DNA of 64,000 nt from NCBI GenBank assembly GCA_950097015.1, contig CATNEN010000038.1, positions 27,032,001-27,096,000 of the forward strand, read 5' to 3'. Shown here piece by piece: positions 45,763-58,758 of the stretch (position 1 is the first letter of the stretch; the number at the start of each line of letters is the position of its first letter). Below the pieces are notes generated by a model, which saw only the letters and a list, made by a program, of their open reading frames with translations, searched no databases and was not told where the DNA came from. This stretch comes from Macrostomum hystrix. Taxonomy: Eukaryota > Animalia > Platyhelminthes. The translations under genes and the position numbers were made by a program.

Positions 45763-48700
45763 TTAAGGCGTTAGCCGTTTCGGATCGCGCGGGAATAGCG
45801 ATGTCTTGCGAATATTGTCCAAGCCCAGAAACAGCATGGTAACACGCTCCAGGCCTGCGAGTAGAGAGATTAACACACGGATTTGGTAACAGTAGAAAGA
45901 CGACGCAATTTTCCCCCTTGGGAATTTCAAATATTCACTGCCTACTTCACGACAGCTCCCAAGACGAATGACTGATTTTCGTGAAAGTCCACCACATGGA
46001 TCAAAATTTTCAAAGCTGTCCGAGTCAACATCGAGATATTCGAGTAAAAAATACGAGGTAATTGCTGACATGTGAAAAATATGCCCATATATTTTGTGGT
46101 TCTTGTCATTAAACACTCCGACGAGAAGATAGATAAATAGACACAGTAGACACGGCTAGATAGAGGGTGAAAGATTTGATCACAAAAGTCAGACAGCAGA
46201 GACAAAAACAAGGCAATGTGAAAAGGAAAGGCAGACAGGCAGGATGTAATTACACGGACACACAAGACTTGAGGCAGGCTTCGAGTCGAGCCGAAGCAGC
46301 AATAGAAGCAGCAGCAGCAGGGAAGGAGTGAAGACAGGGCAGCAATGCTAGCGATGAAGACGAAAAGTCGGGTATGAAAAATTGATAATCATCATGGGTA
46401 GCAGCTGCAGCAGCAGCCAGGCTAACCTGGGGCACGCACACGCAACAGGCAGCAAGACTGAGAAACTGATGAGCTGAGGATTATAGCAAACTCCCACCGG
46501 GCCTCAGTGCGAGATAGAGTTAAATTTTTCATCACTTCTCTAACAACTGTATCCGCCCCTTAATCCGCCCACAAACAGTCTCCGCCCCTAACTCCGCCCA
46601 CAGAAACTCTCCGCCCTAACTCCGCCCACAGAAACTCTCCGCCCTAACTCCGCCCACAGAAACTCTCCGCCCTAACTCCGCCCACAGAAACAGTCTCCGC
46701 CCCTAACTCCGCCCACAGAAACAGTCTCCGCCCCTAACTCCGCCCACAGAAACAGTCTCCGCCCCTAACTCCGCCCCACAGAAACTCTCCGCCCTAACTC
46801 CGCCCACAGAAACAGTCTCCGCCCCTAACTCCGCCCACAGAAACAGTCTCCGCCCCTAACTCCGCCCCACAGAAACTCTCCGCCCTAACTCCGCCCACAC
46901 AAACTGTCTCCGCTCCTAACTCCGCCCACACAAACTGTCTCCGCCCCTAACTCCACCCATGCAAACTGTCTCCGCCCCTAACTCCACCCATGCAAACTGT
47001 CTCCGCCCCTAACTCCACCCATGCAAACTGTCTCCGCCCCTAACTCCGCCCACACAAACTGTCTCCGCCCCTAACTCCGCCCACACAAACTGTCTCCGCC
47101 CCTAACTCCACCCATGCAAACTGTCTCCGCCCCTAACTCCACCCATGCAAACTGTCTCCGCCCCTAACTCCGCCCACACAAACTGTCTCCGCCCCTAACT
47201 CCGCCCATGCAAACTGTCTCCGCCCCTAACTCCACCCATGCAAACTGTCTCCGCCCCTAACTCCGCCCACACAAACTGTCTCCGCCCCTAACTCCGCCCA
47301 CACAAACTGTCTCCGCCCCTAACTCCGCCCACACAAACTGTCTCCGCCCCTAACTCCGCCCACACAAACTGTCTCCGCCCCTAACTCCACCCATGCAAAC
47401 TGTCTCCGCCCCACAACAAAGCAGTCTCCGCCCCTAACTCCGCCCCCAACAAGCAGCGAACACTGACCAATCCCGCCTCCGGCATGCGGCGGACAGCCGA
47501 ACTTGAAGCAGTCAACATAAGACTGCATCTTGGTAGTGTCGATGCCGAGTCCGTTGGCCCTTTCAACCAGGGCGGCTGCGTCGTGCACTCGCTGGGCACC
47601 GCTGAGAATTTCTTCTCCTCTCATAAAGAAGTCGTAGCTATTTGAATAGCCCGGCCTTGCCGGATCTGGCATTGTGTAGAACGGCCTAACAGCCAGCGGG
47701 AATTTGTCCAATATATAAAAGTCCGTCTTATATTTAGCCTTGACCAGTCGGCCCAGTAGTTTCTCGTTAGGCGTCGACAGATCGTCAAAGTCGCCCTGCT
47801 GTGCGCCGGCTTCTCGAAGCATTTTGACAGCCTCGGGAAATTCTAGGCGCAGGGTTGGCTCAAGGAATTCAAACGGTTCGGCTGGATACTGTTTGCACAC
47901 GGTGGCAATCTCCTGGCCGCACTGCGACTGTAGGCCTTTGAATATGGCGACAAACACTCGGCCGAGAGTGTCCAAAACTTCGTGATAATGGCTTAGAAAG
48001 GCCATCTCCAAGTCTAAGCCGATGAATTCGGTCAGGTGTCGATGAGTGTTGGAATCTTCGGCTCTGAACACGCTGCCGATGGTGTAGACTCGATCGAAAT
48101 CGCCGGCAATGGCCATCTGCTTGTACAGCTGGGGCGATTGGGCTAAATAGGCTTTGGATTTGAAATAGGTCACCTCGAATACATTGGCGCCGCCTTCAGA
48201 TGCCGCGCTGATGATCTTGGGCGTGTGAATCTCAACAAAACCCTCGGCTGCGAATGATAAGGATGATTTTTGGATTAGTGCTACACTAATATAGGGATAT
48301 AGCTGCTACAATAGGCAGACAGACAGACAGACAGACAGACAGCCAGCCAGACAGACAGGCAGACGGACAGGCAGACATGCAGGCAGGCAGGCACAGCACA
48401 GCTGCTCACAGGCCAGGGTGTCGCGGAAGAGGCGGCAGACAGCGGCCTCCAGGCGGAAGATGGCCTGATTGGTGGGTGTGCGCAGATCGATGACCCGGTT
48501 GTCCAGTCGGATCTCCTGGCCAGCGGTGGCCAATGAGGCGGCCTGCTGGTCGCCGCCGCTAGGCTGGTCGGGCCGCATGGCGTCTTCGATCTGCAGCGGA
48601 AGGCGCGGCTCGGCGGCTGACACGCACCACAGCTCCGTCACGTGCAACTCAACCTGGGAAAATTGTAGATGAATTCAGTTTTTTCAAGTAAGCTTAGCAG

Positions 48701-50784
48701 CCTTTGTCGACTGGCGCCCACCTCACTCAATCAGCACCCACCCCACTCCACCTCACTCCATCAGCACCCACCTCACTCCATGAGCACCCACCTCACTCCA
48801 TGAGCACCCACCTCACTCCATGAGCACCCACCTCACTCCATGAGCACCCACCTCACTCCATGAGCACCCACCTCACTCAATGAGCACCCAACTCACTCAA
48901 TGAGCACCCAACTCACTATGACACTACCAACTTCACTCCATCAGCACCCACCTCACTCCACCTCACCCCATCAGCACCCACCTCACTCCACCTCACCCCA
49001 TCAGCACCCACCTCACTCCACCTCACCCCATCAGCACCCACCTCACTCCATGAGCACCCACCTCACTCCATGAGCACCCACCTCACTCAATGAGCACCCA
49101 ACTCACTATGACACTACCAACTTCACTCCATCAGCACCCACCTCACTCCATAAGCACCCATCTTATTCAATGAGCACCCACCTCACTCCATACGCACCTA
49201 CCTCACTCCATAAGCACCCATCTCACTCCATAAGCACCCATCTCACTCCATAAGCACCCATCTCACTTCATAAGCACCCACCTCCCCTACTGCAACCTTA
49301 CCTACCGCCAAGCCCGCTATTACTCACCTCCTGCTGCGAGCAGGCTGCCACAGGCGAGTCGACCTTGCGCAACACTCCGGCCACATCTACAATGGACTCT
49401 TTGCTAATCGAGGCGGCAAATTTCATCATCTGACGCGAAATCTTTTCGCCAACAGAGAGAACACACTGCACCGAGAACTGCTGATGCCGGATAACAAAGA
49501 ATCCGGTTTTGCCTTTGAACCTGGACGTGTGCATTCTGCCGCGAATCCACAGAGTTTGGCCCGCTAGACTGGCTAACAAATCTTTCACTGGCGAATAAAC
49601 TTTGCTCAGATAGGACTCGGAACGATTCAAAGCTAGCTGACCGTAGACACCAACTGAAACGTCTTCGCCATCGTCGGCCGAGGATTCCGGCTGTTGACTG
49701 GCGCCGCCGCCTGCCTGATCCTCCTTCTTCTGGTCGGCTTTGTGAGCGGCCTTCTTCTCTTTCTTTGCTGCCTTCTTGGCGGCCTTCTCCGCAGCCTTCT
49801 TTGCGGCTTTGTCGCTGGGGAAAATAGTGAAAACTATCTCACCTATCATAAGTATCTCACCTGATACTAGTCTCCTATCTCACCTGATACTAGTCTCCTA
49901 TCTCACCTGATACTAGTCTCCTATCTCACCTGATACTAGTCTCCTATCTCACCTGATACTAGTCTCCTATCTCACCTGATACTAGTCTCCTATCTCACCT
50001 GATACTAGTCTCCTATCTCACCTGATACTAGTCTCCTATCTCACCTGATACTAGTCTCCAATCTCACCTGATACTAGTCTCCTATCTCACCTGATACTAG
50101 TCTCCTATCTCACCTGATACTAGTCTCCTATCTCACCTGATACTAGTCTCCTATCTCACCTGATACTAGTCTCCTATCTCACCTGATACTAGTCTCCTAT
50201 CTCACCTGATACTAGTCTCCTATCTCACCTGATACTAGTCTCCTATCTCACCTGTCAATAGTCTCCTATCTCACCTGATACTAGTCTCCTATCTCACCTG
50301 TCAATAGTCTCCTATCTCACCTGTCAATAGTCTCCTATCTCACCTGATACTAGTCTCCTATCTCACCTGATACTAGTCTCCTATCTCACCTGTCAATAGT
50401 CTCCTATCTCACCTGTCAATAGTCTCCTATCTCACCTGTCAATAGTCTCCTATCTCACCTGTCAATAGTCTCCTATCTCACCTGTCAATAGTCTCCTATC
50501 TCACCTGTCAATAGTCTCCTATCTCACCTGTCAATAGTCTCCTATCTCACCTGTCAATAGACTCCTATCTCACCTGATACTAGTCTCCTTTCTCACCTGT
50601 AATAGGCCATAGATGTCACCTGTTTTCCGTCACCTTTCACACATCTTACTACAATTTCGCCTACTTTAAGTCATCTGTCTAGCCAGCAAAAAGTAATCAA
50701 TTTAATCTTACATGCACAGAAAGCTAAAAACATGTATTACCTGTCAGCGGTAACAGGAGCTCCAGACACAGCAGCCTCCGACAT
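45763..50784 (-). CDS. DARS1: Cytosolic aspartyl-tRNA synthetase, 548 aa
   Basis: Exons 50784-50741, 49814-49328, 48653-48410, 48247-47468 and 45854-45763, phase-consistent. Motifs: [74 protein letters not shown]; Lys/Ala-rich N-terminal extension. Confidence 0.97.
46550..47450. repeat. ~31-bp C-rich minisatellite CTCCGCCCCTAACTCCGCCCACACAAACTGT
   Basis: About 29 copies in the last DARS intron. Confidence 0.95.
48715..49290. repeat. 20-bp minisatellite CACCCACCTCACTCCATGAG
   Basis: Direct reading; a degenerate inverted relative lies at ~54660-54905. Confidence 0.93.
49835..50600. repeat. 23-bp minisatellite TATCTCACCTGATACTAGTCTCC
   Basis: About 33 copies filling most of DARS coding intron 1. 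Confidence 0.97.
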
Positions 50785-50959
50785 TGTGCTAATTATAATG
50801 TTAATTAAAATCTTTGACGTGCAATTTAGACAGGATACACCGGTATTTTAACTGCTGAAAGGTAAAACAAACAATAACTAATAAAAAAAAATTTAAGAAA
50901 AATAACAGACCAAGGAATTTGTAGCACACAATTTTCTGATCGAATTTTTACTAAATTCA

Positions 50960-53765
50960 CAATCCTGACATCTGCGAATCCTGACATCTACCAATCCTGA
51001 CATCAACAAAAACCTGACATCAAACCAATCCTGATATCAAAACAATCCTGACATCAACCAATCCTGACATCAACCAATTCTGACATCTAACAATCCTGAC
51101 ATCAAACCAATCCTGACATCAACCAATCCTCACATCAACCAATCCTGACATCAAAACAATCCTGACATCAACCAATCCTGACATCAACCAATCCTGACAT
51201 CTAACCAATCCTGACATACACCAATCCTCACATCAAACCAATCCAACATCAACCAATCCTCACATCAACCAATCCTGACATCAAAACAATCCTGACATCA
51301 ACCAATCCTGACATCTAACAATCCTGACATCAACCAATCCTGACATCAACCAATCCTGACATCTAACAATCCTGACATCTAACAATCCTGACATCTAACA
51401 ATCCTGACATCTAACAATCCTGACATCTAACAATCCTGACATCAACCAATCCTGACATCTAACAATCCTGACATCTAACAATCCTGACATCAACCAATCC
51501 TGATATCTAACAATCCTGACATCTAACAATCCTGACATCTAACAATCCTGACATCTACTATTCCTGACATCTAACAATCCTGACATCTAACAATCCTGAC
51601 ATCTAACAATCCTGACATCTAACAATCCTGACATCTAACAATCCTGATATCTACTATTCCTGACATCTAACAATCCTGACATCTAACAATCCTGACATCT
51701 AACAATCCTGATATCTAACAATCCTGACATCTAACAATCCTGACATCTACTATTCCTGACATCTAACAATCCTGACATCTAACAATCCTGACATCTAACA
51801 ATCCTGACATCTAACAATCCTGACATCTAACAATCCTGATATCTACTATTCCTGACATCTAACAATCCTGACATCTAACAATCCTGACATCTAACAATCC
51901 TGACATCTAACAATCCTGACATCTAACAATCCTGACATCTAACAATCCTGACATCTAACAATCCTGACATCTAACAATCCTGACATCTACTATTCCTGAC
52001 ATCTAAAAATCCTGACATCAAACAATCCTCACATCAACCAATCCTGACATCAAACCAATCCAACATCAAACCAATCCTGACATCAATCAATCCTGACATC
52101 AACCTATCCTGACATCAAAACAATCCTGACATCAAACCAATCCTGACATCAATCAATCCTCACATCAACCTATCCTGACATCAAACCAATCCAACATCAA
52201 ACCAATCCTGACATCAATCAATCCTCACATCAACCAATCCTGACATCAAACCAATCCAACATCAACCAATCCTGACATCAAACCAATCCTGACATCAACC
52301 AATCCTGACATCAACCAATCCTGACATCTAACAATCCTGACATCAACCAATCCTGACATCAAACCAATCCTGACATCAACCAATCCTCACATCAACCAAT
52401 CCTGACATCAAACCAATCCTGACATCAACCAATCCTGACATCAAACCAATCCTGACATCAACCAATCCTGACATCAACCAATCCTGACATCAACCAATCC
52501 TGACATCAAACCAATCCTGACATCAACCAATCCTGACATCAACCAATCCTGACATCAAACCAATCCTGACATCTAACAATCCTGACATCTAACAATCCTG
52601 ACATCTAACAATCCTGACATCTAACAATCCTGACATCTAACAATGCTGACATCTAACAATCCTGACATCTAACAATCCTGATATCTAACAATCCTGACAT
52701 CTAACAATTCTGACATCTAACAATCCTGATATCTAACAATCCTGACATCTACTATTCCTGACATTAACCAATCCTGACATCAAACCAATCCTGACATCAA
52801 ACCAATCCTGACATCTAACAATCCTGACATCAAACCAATCCTGACATCAACCAATCCTGACATCAACCAATCCTGACATCAAACCAATCCTGACATCAAC
52901 CAATCCTGACATCAACCAATCCTGACATCAACCAATCCTGACATCAACCAATCCTGACATCAAACCAATCCTGACATCAACCAATCCTGACATCAAACCA
53001 ATCCTGACATCAACCAATCCTGACATCAAACCAATCCTGACATCTAACAATCCTGACATCTAACAATCCTGACATCTAACAATCCTGACATCTAACAATC
53101 CTGACATCTAACAATCCTGACATCTAACAATCCTGATATCTAACAATCCTGACATCTAACAATTCTGACATCTAACAATCCTGATATCTAACAATCCTGA
53201 CATCTACTATTCCTGACATCAACCAATCCTGACATCAAACCAATCCTGACATCAAACCAATCCTGACATCTAACAATCCTGACATCAACCAATCCTGACA
53301 TTAAACAATCCTGACATCAACCAATCCTGACATCAAATCAATCCTGACATCAACCAATTCTGACATCAACCAATCCTGACATCAACCAATCCTGACATTA
53401 AACAATCTTGACATCAACCAATCCTGACATCTAACAATCCTGACATCTAACAATGCTGACATCTAACAATCCTGACATCAAACCAATCCTGACATCTAAC
53501 AATCCTGACATCAACCAATCCTGATATCTAACAATCCTGACATCTAACAATCCTGACATCTAACAATCCTGACATCTAACAATCCTGACATCTAACAATC
53601 CTGACATCTAACAATCCTGATATCTAACAATCCTGACATCTAACAATCCTGACATCTAACAATCCTGATATCTAACAATCCTGACATCTAACAATCCTGA
53701 CATCTACTATTCCTGACATCTACTATTCCTGACATCTAACAATCCTGACATCTAACAATCCTGTC
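50960..53765. repeat. 16/17-bp minisatellite AATCCTGACATCTAAC
   Basis: About 2.8 kb between the USF-like gene and DARS. Confidence 0.97.
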
Positions 53766-55067
53766 ACCTACCAATACCTAAGCACAGAGTTGTTAAAAGT
53801 CTATTGTTTTCAAACAAAAGGATCTATGAACAGCAAAAATTGACATATATGTATTTGAATTTTGTCAAAAACCAGCCACTTTACAAGAGTATATAAACTG
53901 ATTCAAATGAAAAAGTGGCATAGAATAAATGAACTTTAGAGAAAATATTATTAATATTAATTATATTGTTGTTGTTGTTATAATACAGTGTGCACATGAT
54001 AGTTAAACAAAACATACTATTGAAACGAAAAATGCCAAAACGTGCTTTTAAATCATGTGAAGTACTGACAGACAGACAGAATCACTGAAAGCTATGAAAA
54101 TTTCAGGACGCAGATGAGACAAGAACATGCAATTAATATAATTTTGAATTTAGAAAATGGTGAATTTTTAAACAACCATGTCCAATTTCACCACTTTACA
54201 GTAAAAATGATAGAAAGACAAGCAGAATTGATAGGTGAAGGATGGATTCCATTAATAAAAGAACGCATTTTTAGATGAAAATACATTACCGAGGCCTAGT
54301 GATACTACTGGCGCATAATTATAAGTTAAGTAGTATGTATAATCAGTAAAGAGAAATGACTTGTTAGTTTTTAACACGGAAAATATATGGGTGAAATGAA
54401 AAGAGTATACTACATCATTATAATATATATAGACCGATATATTAATTCTCAGAATGAGACGGATCCATCTGAAAAAAAGAAAATACCTTACAGTGTTTTC
54501 AAAAACGAATTAAAGAATTGGTAGTCACGACTGAATTAATGAATAGCGAGATAGCATACATACAAATAATTAATGCAAACTGTAGCTTCACTGTTGCACA
54601 TTCAAACAAGTGGTGCATGCTTGTTAAAAGCATTTACTTATAAAGGGTGCTTATGACTTATGAGGTGAGTAACAGGGTAAGAGAGGTGGCAGAGTGAGGT
54701 GGGTAATGGGTTGACGTGGGCGACGGAGTAAGGTGGGTGATGCGGTAAAGTGGGCGGCGGAATGTGGCGGGTGATGGGGTGAGGTGGGTGGCGGAGTGAG
54801 GTGGGTGATAGGTTAGGCGGGCGGGAGAGTAAGGCGGTTTGATGGGTTGAAGTAGGCGGCGGAGTGAGGTGGGTGATGGGGTGGGGTGGGCGGCGGAGTG
54901 AGGTTATTGCAAAAACAGAAAGATGCAGGATTTTGGAGAACCAAAAGATCAGACAGTATAGTTAAAAACGACTTTTTGACAAAATATAAAAAAATCCATG
55001 CTACAAACAATAGGACAAGCAAGAAGCCTTGTCGGTGCTGTGCGTATGATACCAAGTAGACAAACAT

Positions 55068-56880
55068 CTAATTTTGGTCTTGCTGTCCAAGCAGTTTTTT
55101 AAGTTTAGCATTTTCAGACTCTAATTGCGTCATTCTAGCTTCCAATTTACTCGCCCTCTCCATCAGCTGTTTCGACTCGCGCACCAAAGCAGAATTTCTG
55201 ACCTGCAATTGACCGAAATAATCTACGGCCTTCTTCAATACGACACTTTTAGGCATCAATAGCCAGGGCTGCTCCTGCTGTCGCTCGCGTTGATGCCTCT
55301 GTTGCAACAGCTGCTCCTGATCCTGCTCCGTTTCCAGCGACTGAAAGCCTTCAGTGGTTGGCGAAGCCGGCGCCTCCGCGTCGTCGGGTCGAGTAGCCGA
55401 TACGGAGTGGCGTCGCCATTCAGCTGCTGGCATCATCTCAGCTAGCTGGTGAATGAGCGTATTGATCTTGTCTCTACGGCGCCTCTCCACCTGAGTGATA
55501 GGTTGGACATTGGTGGGGGCGATGAGATGTTCAGTTCGTTGCTGAGCTAGGAATGCTATTAAGTTTGCACAAGGGCTGTGAGCAATGACATAACTGGTAA
55601 CAATGGACCCGCAGCCAGCGAGGAGGCTATTCTGCACATCCGCTGACTCCTGAGCACACACTCACATGACATGAATACTGTAAGCAGGCACACAGGTTGG
55701 CCCTTAGGGGCGTAAATTGCACGGGAAGCTTCCTGAAATATCTTAGATATTTTAGGTTTGAGAAGTCAAGCCTATGGGATTTGAGTAACGAGGTCTATGG
55801 GATTTGAAAAACTAGGCATTTTTGGATCTAAAAATTATTGGATTTAAGATTGGAGAAATGAGGAATTTGGGATTTGAGAAATGAGTCATTTGGGATTTGA
55901 GAAATGAGCCATTTGGGATTTGAGAAATGAGGGATTTGAGATTTGAGAAATGAGACATTTGGGATTTGAGAAATGAGACATTTGGGATTTGAGAAATGAG
56001 AAATACGAGTATAAAATTTGAGAAATGATGAGTTTGAGATTTGGGAAATGAGGCATTTTGGATTAAAAAACTAGCCATTTAGGGTTTGAGAAATGAGGCC
56101 AGTTGGATTTGAGAAATGAGGCCAGTAGGATTTGAGAATTCAAGAATCTGCTAATAGAAAATGTAACATATGGGATTAGACAATGTGAAGAAGCAATGAT
56201 AGCCTAACCTCATTATGACAAGATTTTCTTCGCTTTTCTCGATCGCAACAAGCAGACAAGCCGCTGCCGCCAGTTTGGCCATTGCTACCAACAACCGACG
56301 CGATGACCGGACCGCCGCCACCGCCAGCACCGCTGCTGCTGCTGTTGCTGTTGCTACCACTGCTAAGTGTTCCATTGAGTAAACCATCGGTGTCTGGACC
56401 AAAGCCAAGCTGCTGCTGTTGCTGTTGTTGCTTAGTAAAAGAACGCTTAAGACCTCGATTAGACTGAAAATAAGTCTGTTGATGCTGATCAGCAATAGAA
56501 CTACTGACACTAACAGTAGACACATTTGGCTGCAGCTGATAAATACTATCACTCATGCTTGAACTAGCCAAGTTAGATAGTGCCGCGCCAGACACTGTGA
56601 CAGTGGTGGCGGCTAAGCTACCGTTCGGCGAAGCGGTTGTTGAAATACCATTGGGCGTAACCATGATGTATATGTCACCATTTGTGCCCTGAACTAATTG
56701 ACCAGTTGTAATACTGGCTAGGCTAGTAGATGCTGGCTGCTGCTGCTGTTGCTGATGATGCTGGTGATGTTGCTGGTGATGCTGGTGATGCTGGTGACTG
56801 GCAGTTGGTGAGTCAAGTGAAGCTCTCCAACTGTTGCTGCCGAGACTGTTGGCATGGCTGGCACCAATATTAGATCGCAT
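55068..56880 (-). CDS. USF: Upstream stimulatory factor (USF1/2)-like bHLH-leucine-zipper transcription factor, 364 aa
   Basis: Exons 56880-56209 and 55490-55068 join to give DREKRRKSCHNE|VERRRRDKINTLIHQLAEMMP (USF basic region/helix 1), KSVVLKKAVDY (helix 2) and a C-terminal zipper. GDIYIMVTP resembles the USF GQF.VMMSP segment. Confidence 0.85.
55560..55728 (-). mobile_element. SINE family A, diverged internal fragment in the USF-like intron
   Basis: GACCCGCAGCCAGCGAGGAGGC...GCTGACTCCTGAGCACACA...GGGCGTAAATTGCACG is shared with 3285-3455. Confidence 0.85.
55755..56140. repeat. Degenerate ~22-bp GGGATTTGAGAAATGAG satellite
   Basis: Direct reading. Confidence 0.85.
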
Positions 56881-57094
56881 TGTGTCGTGTGGCTGTCTAT
56901 TATTTTTAGCGGAAGACTAAATCAATAAGAATTTTAGTCTTTCAAAAAACAATTGAAACAAATTTTAAATCCAGTTTTTGTGCTGATCAGGTGGCTGCAA
57001 AGAAATGACAGAGTGATAGAAGTCAACGACGGAACACCTTGTCAAATAGAGTAACGAGTGCTGACAGAAATTTTACTAACTTTAAGGACTATTG

Positions 57095-57960
57095 TGGAAA
57101 TGTCAACAGTGGAATTGTCAGCAGTGGAAATGTCAGCAGTGGAATTGTCAGCAGTGGAAATGTCAGCAGTGGAAATGTCAACAGTGGAAATGTCAGCAGT
57201 GGAATTGTCAGCAGTGGAAATGTCAGCAGTGGAAATGTCAGCAGTGGAAATGTCAGCAGTGGAAATGTCAGCAGTGGAATTGTCAGCAGTGGAAATGTCA
57301 GCAGTGGAAATGTCAACAGTGGAAATGTCAGGAGTGAATTTGTAAGCAGTGGAATTGTCAGAAGTGGAAATGTCAGGAGTGAATTTGTAAGCAGTGAAAT
57401 TGTCAGCAGTGGAAATGTCAGCAGTGGAAATGTCAGAAGTGGAAATGTCAGCAGTGGAAATGTCAACAGTGAAAATGTCAGGAGTGAATTTGTAAGCAGT
57501 GGAATTGTCAGCAGTGGAAATGTCAGCAGTGGAATTGTCAGCAGTGGAAATGTCAGAAGTGGAAATGTCAGCAGTGGAAATGTCAACAGTGGAAATGTCA
57601 GGAGTGAATTTGTAAGCAGTGGAATTGTCAGCAGTGGAAATGTCAGCAGTGGAATTGTCAGCAGTGGAAATGTCAGGAGTGAATTTGTAAGCAGTGGAAT
57701 TGTCAGCAGTGGAAATGTCAGCAGTGGAATTGTCAGCAGTGGAAATGTCAACAGTGGAAATGTCAGCAGTGGAAATGTCAGCAGTGGAAATGTCAACAGT
57801 GGAAATGTCAGCAGTGGAAATGTCAGCAGTGGAAATGTCAGCAGTGGAAATGTCAACAGTGGAAATGTCAACAGTGGAAATGTCAGGAGTGAATTTGTAA
57901 GCAGTGGAATTGTCAGCAGTGGAAATGTCAGCAGTGGAAATGTCAGCAGTACATGTGTCA
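57095..57960. repeat. 15-bp minisatellite GTCAGCAGTGGAAAT
   Basis: Explains the SSGNV, WKCQQ and TFPLL ORFs. Confidence 0.97.
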
Positions 57961-58758
57961 GCCGTTGATTTGTCAGATATTTTGGCGATCCAAAAATTTC
58001 ATTTTTTATCTAGATACTAACAGACTAAAAACCAACTATCTAATCCTATCGAATCCTAAACGCAGTAAAAAGTATCTTGAATAACTTTTAAATAAATAAA
58101 GTTGAGAACTTCAAGAAAAAAGAAGACATTATTAACAAACAGTGTTTTTTTACTAATTTGCTTTATTAAAAGTTGATGGTATGTATTGTAGAACCATTTC
58201 TCATTACATATTATTATATATTTTAGTTTGCACAGCTTCTTCTCTATTAAAACTGTTTAAATTAAAGTTTTCTTTTACTCCTGCACTTTAATAGGGTTTA
58301 ACTGAAATTAGGGCATAAAAATTGATTTTTAATGAAAACTAAGCAACGATAAGTTAAATGGTCACTTAGCCGACTTACCAGGAACAAAAAAAATATATAT
58401 TAAAAAATTATTTGCTACATCCTTTTATTTTTTGAGTTGTTCGGGATAACAAAGGTGCACATTTAAATTCTATATTTCTCGGATTATTAAGAGTGTAAGC
58501 TACTAGTTACTTATATAAAAAGGCCAAGTATATATTTTAAGACAAAGACTAAAAATCCAAACGACATTAATGCTAAATTAAAAAATCCCACATTAATTTA
58601 GTCGACAAAGAATGTTAAGATTTGATAACAACGTACATAAAGAGTTCCAACAGTCAAAGTCTTTGTTATAACACACTTTCCACTTGGCTGTACTATCAGA
58701 AACCAGCAGACACCGAAAAAACAGATCATAGATTTCTCCTCTCCGTCGATTTGTTTGT

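Noticed and set aside
45855-46116. In-frame extension upstream of the last DARS exon
   Set aside because: It has no AspRS similarity, and the conserved GGGIG|LERV motif requires the 47468-45854 splice.
46466-46515. Hammerhead ribozyme (CTGATGA followed by a GCTGAGG/CCTCAGT stem)
   Set aside because: The required GAAA after stem II is absent, and no convincing stems I and III were found.
55491-55661. N-terminal part of track ORF 55068-55661
   Set aside because: It is intronic and partly SINE-derived; the real exon starts at the acceptor at 55490.
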